Shown: positions 12,639 through 21,407 of the stretch, piece after piece
Numbering within the stretch: position 1 is the stretch's first letter
Layout: each line of letters begins with the position of its first letter
Assembly: GCA_951406725.2 (NCBI GenBank)
Contig: OX597820.1
Location: 72,354,001-72,418,000 of the forward strand
Reading direction: 5' to 3'
DNA from: Octopus vulgaris
Lineage: Eukaryota
DNA: 64,000 nucleotides
Notes under the pieces: model-generated
Databases searched by the model: none
Told to the model about the DNA's origin: nothing
The model's input: only the letters and a program-made list of their open reading frames with translations
Program-made: the position numbers and the translations under genes

Positions 12639-12909
12639 CACATATATAAATACATATATATATGTCTCGCTTGGCAACAGGTGGGGGTTGGCGTCAGGAA
12701 GGGCATCCGGCTGTAGAAACTTGCCACACGCATAGCGCTGCGTATATGTGCATATATAGAGACCAAAGTGTACATACGCCGCTATATTTTTATATATAAA
12801 AAATACAAAAATGGGACAAGACCACAAAACATCCAAACAGAGGATACAAAGAAAACAAGGACAGGTCATTTGAAGTTTTCTTTCCTCCAACAACAACAAC
12901 AACAAGAGA

Positions 12910-15482
12910 AAAAAAATGTCCTGGACCTCTGCTTCACAAACAACACGGTGCTCATCCATAATGTTGGGGTGACACCAATAATTTTCTCGGACCATAACTT
13001 AATAGAACTAACAATGCAGGCTACTAGACGCACCCAATGCCTCCGCCCCCCACCAGCCTGAACTTTCACAAAGTTGATTGGAAGGGTATTGAGATAAGAG
13101 GTCATGGAACATAACTGGTCTGCCAGTCTCTCTACAGAAGATATTGATATAAAGTTACAACACTTTATAATAATCATGCATGACATCTGCAGCAAGTGTA
13201 CTCCAGAGAGAATGCCAAGCCAGCAGAAAACTATAATACCCAGGGATAGGAGGATTCTAATGAGATGATGAGCAATAATCTCAAATCGTCTAAACAGGCC
13301 ACTAAAGGATAACAAACGAACATGGCTCAAAATTGAAAATGAACTCAAACACTTTCATGAAAAGGAGAGGGCAGAAAAGGAGGCCAGGGCTGACAAAAAT
13401 ATTAAGACAAACCCTGAAGTCTCCTATAGGTATGCAAAATAATCTGTTTCAGTATGGTACAAAATAGGGCCACTACTTGAAAATATGACTCACCGACTGA
13501 AGACCCCCAGAGGATCAGTGAAATACTGAATGTGTAATATAGGTGTGCTTAAACCACTTTTCTGGGACACTTGCAAGTAGCTATGCCTGATGAGTTCTTT
13601 GACTCCACAGACCAACACGGCAAAATGGCAACTATTGACAGCATCAACATAGAGGAAACTGATGTGATATCAGCCATTGTTGAGATGAGCTCAAACTCAG
13701 CAACAAACCCTGATGGATTCCCAACAATCCTCCTAAAGAAATGCAAAGGAGCTTTAGCAAGACCACTTCAGATTCTCTTCCAGAGCTTCCTCCCAACAGA
13801 GGAGGTAACAGAGCAGATGCTAAGAATTATAGACTGTTCTCTCTAACTTCCCATGTCAACAAAGTCATGAAGTACATTGCCAGGAAGAAACTAATTGCAT
13901 TCCTTGAAGATAATGACTGGCTTCCTGACACCCAGCATGGCTTTTGCTCAGGCAGAAGCTGCCTTACACAACTTTTGAAACACTATGACTGGGTGTTGAA
14001 ACAATTAAGGAATTGCTCAAATATAGATGCAATATATCTCGACTTTGCAAAGGCCTTTGATAAGGTTGATCATGGGATGATATGTCACAAACTATGGCGA
14101 CTCAGCATAACTGGGAAAATTGGAAAGTGGTTGCATGACTGTTGATAAGACAGAAGCCAGGTTGTGGCAGCCAACAGAGCTATTTCCATGGAGACATTAA
14201 TAGAAAGTGGAGTGCCTCAGGGAACTGTATTGGGGGCCACAGCTGTTCATGGTGGCTTTTTCAGACATGCCGTCAGTTACACAGATAGCCACACTTACTT
14301 GTTATGCTACCAACACAAAAGTAGTACAAGCAGTCAAGAAACTTTTTGATGCTAATCTTCTACAGAAAGACCTAGATGCCATATATAAATGGGCTGAGGA
14401 CAACATGCAATTTAATGCAGGCAAATTCCAAGCCCTCCGTTACCAGCTAATTGGTGCTCAGAAATCACAATTCTAGAATCACATACGGTGCATGATCTTG
14501 GGACTGATATGAGCAATGATGCCTTGGTTCACATGCATGTCACCAAGATGGTGGCATGTCGCCAAGATGGAAGGCAGTGAGCTGGCAGAAACATTAGCAC
14601 GTCGGGCCAAATGTTTAGCGATATTTCATCTGATATTTCATTCTGAGTTCAAATTCCGCCGAGGTCGACTTTACCTTTCATCCCTTGGGGGGGGGGGGTC
14701 GATAAATTAAGTACCAGTTATGCACTGGGGTCGATGTAATCGACTTAATCCCTTTGTGTGTCCTTGCTTGTCCCCTCTATGTTTAGCCCCTTGTGAGCAA
14801 TAAAGAAAGAAATAAGATGGTGGCAGTGTGCAGGCAAATGGCCAGATAGATTCTGAGAACCTTCAGAACAAGGGACCAGGAAACCATGCTGGTCCTATGG
14901 AGGAGATTTGTTCTCAGCCATCTGGACTACTGCTCTCTACTGTGGTGACCTAATACTGTAGGATTAATTGCAGAACTTGAGGCAGTTCAGCAATACTACA
15001 TGAGGAAGATTGCATCAATAGAACAGCTGAGCTACTGGGAGCAAAGACGGAAGAGGTATGCAGTGATATATGTGTGGAAGATATTGGAAGGGCTGGCACC
15101 AAACTTTGGAAGTGCGAGTTATACCAGACCTCAAATTGGACATCACTGCACTGTTCCAAAAGTCCCAGGTGTCTCATCTAAGGTGAGCACCATGTACAGC
15201 AATAGCTTGTGATTCAAGGGCCCACAGCTATTTAACTCCTTGCCAAAACATTTGAGGGATCTCTATGGAGTGGGAGTAGATGTTTTCAAGAGACAACTTG
15301 ACCTCTTACTATCCAAGATCCCAGATGAACCAATATTAAGGCAAGAAACTCAAAAGAGGGCAGCAATATCAAACTCCCTCCTTCACCAAAAGCCAATCCC
15401 ATAGAATTGGCCAATTGAAAGGTCATTACACTGGCAGTGCCCCAGCATGGCCACAGGCTCAAGGCTGAAACATATAAAAGAA
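12910..15482 (+). mobile_element. Degraded CR1-clade LINE ORF2 (APE end plus RT) with 3' tail
   Basis: Fragments NVLDLCFTN..FSDHNLI, QHGFCSGRSCLTQLL, IYLDFAKAFDKVDHG, SGVPQGTVLG and RYAVIYVWKILEG are spread over many frameshifts. The element ends with gtgccccagcatggccacag...ctgaaac. Confidence 0.9.
14572..14812 (+). mobile_element. SINE family 3 nested in the degraded CR1
   Basis: Near-copy of 10577-10806, with aagatgg repeated at both flanks. Confidence 0.8.
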
Positions 15483-15486
15483 TATA

Positions 15487-15520
<34 letters not shown>

Positions 15521-15522
<2 letters not shown>

Positions 15523-15722
15523 GGAGTAAGCACATAAATGTGAAACAAGGTGGAAAAAAGAGTACTCAAATACCAGAGATAGAGTAATATGATTTATTTA
15601 AAAGCAGCAGAAATATAACAAAAGCTGTTACTCAGAGTTTCGTGTTCCCGTTCATCGGACAAATGGGAACGTGAAACTCCGAGTAACAGCTTTTGTTATG
15701 TTTCTGCTGCTTTTAAATAAAG
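15521..15722. mobile_element. Penelope-like fold-back repeat (same family as 9052-9235)
   Basis: Arms span 15593-15722. The minus strand reads gt-CCGATGA-acgggaacac-GAAA-ctctgag-TA-ac. Flanked by (TA)n. Confidence 0.6.
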
Positions 15723-15773
15723 TATATATATATATTTCATTTCATTTCATTTCATTTGGGTTTGAGTCCATGC

Positions 15774-18700
15774 TCAGGCCAAGTCGAAGACTCCACCCTC
15801 AGAGTCTGGTGTGGTTGCCAGGTTGTATTCTCTGCTTAAATTTGACATGTGTAGGAGCGAGTTTGAGTCAGTTTGTGCTCGTTGTGTATATCCTGGGAGA
15901 TGGGGTTCATCTCTAATGGTGCTTAAGTATCTATCCAGTTGCAATTTGAATGATTCCACACTGCATCCTGATAGATTTCTGACATGTACCGGAATGGAGT
16001 TGAACAGTTGTGCTCCTCGAACCAACAGACTTGATTCTCGCAGGGTTTTTGCTGCCTGGCCAGCCTTTTTGTTGATTGGTGGCAGCTGGCAGCGTCTTCC
16101 GTGGCGCAGTGAGTGGTAGGTTTTGATACCAAAGTTTGGCACCTTCTGCTCTATCATTTTCCAAATGTATATAATTCGGTATCGCTCAAATCTTCTTTCT
16201 ATTGAGTACATCCTCAAGGTTTTGAGTCTTTGCCAATAGTCCAGGTCCCTCGTTTCTGAGAAGTATGAGGTAAAATTTCTTTGGAGCGATTCTATCTTAG
16301 ATAGTTGGCCCTTTGTTGTTGGTGACCACAACTGAGAACAGTAGTCAATCCTCGGAAGTATCATACTGTTCCAGAGGGTTTTCATTGTTGAGGTATCTCT
16401 TGATTTGAAGGTGCGCAAGATCCACCCGCTGTACTTTCTTGCAGTAAGACAGACTGAGTCAAGGTGTTCTCTGAATTTTAGGTTGGTTCCCATGTGGATG
16501 CCTAAATCTTTCACATACTGTTTTTCCATTATTTGTTGTCCTGATGGGTTTCTGTAGTTTGTTGTATTTTTCAGATCTTGATCTGTTCCGTAGCGAATTA
16601 GTTCAAACTTCTTATCATTGAACAACATGTTGTTTGTTTCCTGCCATTTATATATGGTGGTCAGGTCCTTTTGTAAGGCCTCTGTATCCACCTCGTCTTT
16701 GATTTGTCTCATGACCCTGGTGTCATCAGCAAAGGATGAGACGTTGCTGGTTGTATCTTCATCTATGTCAGAGATGAGGATGAGAAACAGGATTGGGCCG
16801 AGTACTGTACCCTGAGGAACACTGCTGGTCACAGGTGATGGTGTTGAATGGGTTCCATTCACAGTGACTGTTTGAGTTCTATTTGTAAGGAACTCGTGTA
16901 TCCATGTACCAACTTTTCCTCCTACTCCTAGCTTTCGAAGTTTGTGACCCAGGATGCCATGATCTACCTTGTCAAATGCCTTGGCAAAGTCGAGGTAGAT
17001 AACATCTGTGTTGTATCCATTCTCTAGATTTTCTAGGATTTGGTCATGGTGTGCCAGTAGTTGGGAAAGGCATGATCTACCTAACCTGAATCCATGCTGG
17101 TTGCAATTCATCAGATTGTTGGATTCCAGGAACTCAACCAGTTTTCCACGAACTATTCTTTCGAAGACCTTGATAATGTGTAATGTCAGTGAGATTGGTC
17201 GGTAGTTCTTTGGTTTTGATTTGCTATCCCCTTTATGTATTGGAGTTATGTGTGCTTCTTTATATGTATTTGGTATTTTGCCATTCTCCATAGATTCCCT
17301 CCATATCATGTAAAGGGGTTTCGACAATTGTGCCTTGCAGTTTTTAAGTATCATGGCATTGAAACCGTCAGGCCCCGCAGCCGAGTGCATGGAGAGCTTG
17401 TCTATTGCTCTTGCTATGTCTTCTGGGTTGAAATCAATGTCGGATAGGGTAGGTTTAGTATGGTCGATATCCTTGAAGAATTTTCCTGGGTCATGGATCT
17501 TCATGGTTTTAGATGGCTCACTGAAGACACTTTCATACTGTTGACCCAACATTTCTGCCATTTCAATAGGGTTATTCACTACATCCCCATTTTGTCTCTG
17601 GAGAGGTCCTATTGTTGACTTGGTGTTCGAGTATTTCTTTGCAAAACTGTAGAAACATTTTGGATTTTTCTTGATGTTTTCTATGGCTTTCTTTTCTGCA
17701 TTGTTACGTTCTTCATCATAGTGTTGTTTTAGATTGTCTTCTAATCTGTATATTTGGTCAAGGACTTTCTGTAATTCATGTTTTGATGTCAGCTTAGATG
17801 TTTTGTTTCTTAGTCTTGACCTTTTGCGCATCAGGATCTTTCGCTCCCGTGGTACAGGTTTTTTTGTGGACTTGGTTTTCTTTAGAGGAACATTTTTTTC
17901 ACATATTTCTTCGATCTTGTTTAAGAATTTCTTGTGTTTATCTGGCCCAGTAAGGTAGAGATCCCAGTCAATGATTTGTAACTGGTTGTTAATAGTTTCC
18001 CAATTTGCCTGGTGATAATCATACCTGCATAGCTTTGGCATGTCCTTTTGTTTAAGAGTTGTGGCATTGGGCTCATTACCAATGTGTAAATGCATTTCAA
18101 TAATATTGTGGTCTGAAAGGATTGTTGGGGTTGAGTGAAGGTCAAATAGCGTGTCCTCGTTGTTGGTGAAAACCAAGTCGATCGTATTATTATTTCTTGT
18201 TGCTTCTGTCATCATTTGTTTGAGGTATAATTTCTCTGTGACTTCCAACAGTTTGGCTGCCTGTATTTGTTCAGCTTTTGTCCCCAGTTTTAGTATGTGT
18301 CCATGTGGCCAGATGATGTTAGGGAAGTTGAAGTCACCAAGGAGGATAATGTCTGGCATTGGACTTGCCATGTTTCCCAGAATTTGTTGGAGCTTCGTCA
18401 GTGGCTCAGTGAAGGATAATGTTGGGCTGTTTGACGGTCTGTACATTATTGTTACAACTGTATTAAGTTGGATGATTTTTATGCACAGCAGGTTGCAGTA
18501 GGCATTTGATTCATTGACAAGTTCTATGCATGCATAGGTATCATGGATATACATGATAACGCCCCCATGGGATCTGCCTTGTCTATCACATCTGAAGATG
18601 TTGAATCTATTGATTGTGATTTCGCTGTTGCGGATGTTTTCGTTGAGATGACTTTCAGTAATTCCAATTATTTTGGAGTTGTTTTCTGTTGCTAATTCTT

Positions 18701-18986
18701 CCAAGAAAGGGACTTTACACTGTTTTGTTTTCGGATAAAGACCCTGGATATTTGCTGTTATTATGCTTGTTGTACCGGATACATCTGCCCTATTGTTGGC
18801 AAGACTGTTGTAGTTGCTGGGACTGTGCTGACTGGATATTCGGTCTGCTGGGCTGTCTGTATTTGTTGTACGTGCCCTGTAAGTCCAGGTGTCAGCCTTT
18901 GTATCAATGTTGCCTGGTTTTGCTGAGTCGTCTGTATGGAGTACAGCTGTTGTTGTAGTTGGTAGATTATGCCTAAAAAACTGCTT
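15774..18986 (-). CDS. LINE ORF2 polyprotein: AP-type endonuclease plus reverse transcriptase
   Basis: APE motifs: ANIQGL, GITESHL, LLGDFN, NTIDLVF, SDH. RT motifs: NYRPISL, QHGFRLGRSC, YLDFAKAFDKVDH, VPQGTVLGPILF, FADDT, KDLGI. The frame is open upstream of the TTG at 18704 as far as the TGA at 18987-18989. Confidence 0.93.
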   Translation of the reverse strand, partial: KQFFRHNLPTTTTAVLHTDDSAKPGNIDTKADTWTYRARTTNTDSPADRISSQHSPSNYNSLANNRADVSGTTSIITANIQGLYPKTKQCKVPFLEELATENNSKIIGITESHLNENIRNSEITINRFNIFRCDRQGRSHGGVIMYIHDTYACIELVNESNAYCNLLCIKIIQLNTVVTIMYRPSNSPTLSFTEPLTKLQQILGNMASPMPDIILLGDFNFPNIIWPHGHILKLGTKAEQIQAAKLLEVTEKLYLKQMMTEATRNNNTIDLVFTNNEDTLFDLHSTPTILSDHNIIEMHLHIGNEPNATTLKQKDMPKLCRYDYHQANWETINNQLQIIDWDLYLTGPDKHKKFLNKIEEICEKNVPLKKTKSTKKPVPRERKILMRKRSRLRNKTSKLTSKHELQKVLDQIYRLEDNLKQHYDEERNNAEKKAIENIKKNPKCFYSFAKKYSNTKSTIGPLQRQNGDVVNNPIEMAEMLGQQYESVFSEPSKTMKIHDPGKFFKDIDHTKPTLSDIDFNPEDIARAIDKLSMHSAAGPDGFNAMILKNCKAQLSKPLYMIWRESMENGKIPNTYKEAHITPIHKGDSKSKPKNYRPISLTLHIIKVFERIVRGKLVEFLESNNLMNCNQHGFRLGRSCLSQLLAHHDQILENLENGYNTDVIYLDFAKAFDKVDHGILGHKLRKLGVGGKVGTWIHEFLTNRTQTVTVNGTHSTPSPVTSSVPQGTVLGPILFLILISDIDEDTTSNVSSFADDTRVMRQIKDEVDTEALQKDLTTIYKWQETNNMLFNDKKFELIRYGTDQDLKNTTNYRNPSGQQIMEKQYVKDLGIHMGTNLKFREHLDSVCLTARKYSGWILRTFKSRDTSTMKTLWNSMILPRIDYCSQLWSPTTKGQLSKIESLQRNFTSYFSETRDLDYWQRLKTLRMYSIERRFERYRIIYIWKMIEQKVPNFGIKTYHSLRHGRRCQLPPINKKAGQAAKTLRESSLLVRGAQLFNSIPVHVRNLSGCSVESFKLQLDRYLSTIRDEPHLPGYTQRAQTDSNSLLHMSNLSREYNLATTPDSEGGVFDLA

Positions 18987-19253
18987 TCATTCATTACTAT
19001 ATCGAATTTCTGCGAGTTTGGGTTTGTTACAGCTGATGTATGCAATTGAGTAGCATGATTTTCATTCACTGTTGAGCCATGACCTGGGTTCCGCATTTTT
19101 GGGAAATGGTTTTCATACCCTGCTGAGCCATGACCTGGTTTCCGCATTTTTGGGAAATGGTTTTCATACCCTGCTGAGCTTGGTCCTGGTGGTGTGGGTT
19201 CAGTAGTTTTTATGCGAATTGTACCCTTCCGGTGCATAAATTTGCAATTCTTA
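18761..19253 (-). CDS. LINE ORF1 C-terminal remnant (5'-truncated)
   Basis: KNCKFMHRKGT looks like the end of a CCCH-type finger. There is a duplicated SAGYENHFPKMRxPGHGS unit and a Q/T-rich tail. The annotated start at 19279 comes from the adjacent palindrome. Confidence 0.7.
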
Positions 19254-19545
19254 ATTTTTTTGTGTCTGGAGAGAGTCATTCTCTTTTAGTGCCTTATTAT
19301 TTAATACACTCATTGGTAAAGTTTCCACTCATTTATTTTTCCCAAAATTTTTGTTGTGACTTGCAAACTTTTCAATAGTTGTTGACCCTGTCCAGAGTAG
19401 ACTCTGGACAGGGTCAACAACTATTGAAAAGTTTGCAAGTCACAACAAAAATTTTGGGAAAAATAAATGAGTGGAAACTTTACCAATGAGTGTATTAAAT
19501 AATAAGGCACTAAAAGAGAATGACTCTCTCCAGACACAAAAAAAT
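19254..19545. repeat. Apparently perfect palindrome, ~145-bp arms with a 2-nt spacer
   Basis: The centre is ...gaccctgtccagagt-ag-actctggacagggtc.... I saw no arm mismatch by eye. Confidence 0.9.
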
Positions 19546-19599
19546 ATGCTTCAACACCCAAACTCACATGAAGAATCTTGAAAACCAAATCCAAAAACG

Positions 19600-19640
<41 letters not shown>

Positions 19641-19673
19641 CACACATACATACATATATATATACATATATAA

Positions 19674-19704
<31 letters not shown>

Positions 19705-20306
19705 TTGATATATAGATAGATATATTCATATACATCCCTGTATACACACACATGACAAGCTTTTTTCATTTTCCATCTACCAAATTCACTCATAAGGCTT
19801 CGGTTGGTCCAAGGCTGTAGTAGAAGACATTTACCAACGGTGCCTCAGAGTGAGATTGAACCAAGAACCATGTGGTTGGGAAGCTAACTTTTTATCCAAT
19901 AGTGGTCTTAAGTGGACTGGTATCTGAGGGCTTCACCTGTAGTTCGGAATATAACTTAATGAAAAATTTCTACATAAAATTTTGATAGTTGCTTTTAATT
20001 TGAATATGAACATTCTAAAACAGGTAATTTTTGCACCATACAACTATGACTGTTCTCAGGGGAGCTACAGACAAAGGTTTATTGACAAAGTGTTTCATCC
20101 TCAAAAGTAAAACATTAGGAATTAAAATATAAAAAAATGCAAACATCAATATAAGGAAATAAAGCATATTTTGATGGTTATATGATATACCTAGTCAATA
20201 TCAAACAGAGATGCTGAACTAATGATGTGCTCTTTTTGATAATTAGAAACTCTTCAGTAGCCTGTTATGCATGTGTGCGTGCACGTGTATATCATCATCA
20301 TCATCA

Positions 20307-20371
<65 letters not shown>

Positions 20372-20421
20372 AAATATTGAATTTCTAAATCTCTCGTAGA
20401 GACATGTACGGTGGTGGGGCG

Positions 20422-20843
20422 ATAGAATGGTTGTATACTGTCAATCTAACAAGAACGTGACAGTAGGGGGTACACCACCGCTGTATAGCCCTAGGAAGCA
20501 TCGAACGCCTCCTGATAGCTTTGACACATTTTTTCCCTGTGTCCTTATATACATATACGAAGGGGAGACAAACACCCCCGGCCGCCGGAACTGCATCTAG
20601 GGACACCGTGTTTCAGGATCGTTGTCCAGGCTGATGAAGGACAACGATTCTGAAACACGGTGTCCCTAGATGCAGTTCCGGCGGCCGGGGGTGTTTGTCT
20701 CCCCTTCGTATATGTATATAAGGACACAGGGAAAAATGTGTCAAAGCTATCAGGAGGCGTTCGATGCTTCCTAGGGCTATACAGCGGTGGTGTACCCCCT
20801 ACTGTTACGTTCTTGTTAGATTGACAGTATACAACCATTCTAT
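20422..20843. repeat. Long fold-back palindrome (~205-bp arms), Penelope-like
   Basis: Runs atagaatggttgtatac...gtatacaaccattctat, with spacer aggctgatgaa at 20628-20638 and few mismatches. Confidence 0.9.
20625..20670 (+). ncRNA. Minimal type I hammerhead ribozyme motif
   Basis: tccagg-CTGATGA-agga caacga ttct-GAAA-cac g gtg-TC-cctaga. The core is canonical, stems I-III can form, and the GUC cleavage triplet is at 20662-20664. Confidence 0.65.
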
Positions 20844-20950
20844 ATATATATATATATATATAAAAGGTAAGAGAGGGAGAAGAAACATACTTCTTCACCC
20901 ACATTCAAACACACTTAATAGCGGCAAATTATATATATATATATATATAT

Positions 20951-21373
20951 CGACAAAGGGAGAGAGAAAAAGCTATTAAAACTGAACTCCAATGTGTTGA
21001 AAGGCCATTGTTTTTAAAAATACAAATAAAATATAAACTGACAAACTTTTCACCTTGGTACGAAAATGATGTAAGGCGAGCAAAATAGATGAAGTCTATT
21101 TTATTAGTTATTGTGGTCAATACAAAACTAGATTCATGATTAATGTACAAACTAAATAAATCAATTTTTAACAAAAAAATTAACTTAATTTATAAGCACA
21201 TTTTCCAATCTTTAGTTGTATATGCCATATTTTAAGAAAATAACTATAAAATATATTTACCTTCATCTATCGACCAAGGAGAAAAGTCCGTATGTTTTTA
21301 TTTTAATTTTTAAAAGCATGACATTCAACACATTGGAGTTTAGCTTTAACTGCTCTTTCTCCCTCTCTTTGTC
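20951..21373. repeat. Degenerate inverted-repeat element (~130-bp arms), MITE-like
   Basis: gacaaagggagagagaaaaagc...aactccaatgtgttgaa pairs with ttcaacacattggagtt...ctccctctctttgtc. Confidence 0.55.
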
Positions 21374-21407
21374 TTTTTATTCTTTTTTATTATTCTATTA
21401 TATATAT

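Larger units (their letters stand above)
15736..19253 (-). mobile_element. Young 5'-truncated CR1-clade LINE (ORF1 3' part, intact ORF2, (AAATG)n tail)
   Basis: Continuous ORF2, a short 3' UTR and an (atttc)n tail on the plus strand at 15736-15757. An ORF1 remnant lies upstream. Confidence 0.92.

Noticed and set aside
19254-19545. Hammerhead motif in this palindrome and in those at 47665 and 62925
   Set aside because: Only partial or no core is visible, so they are not counted as ribozyme candidates.
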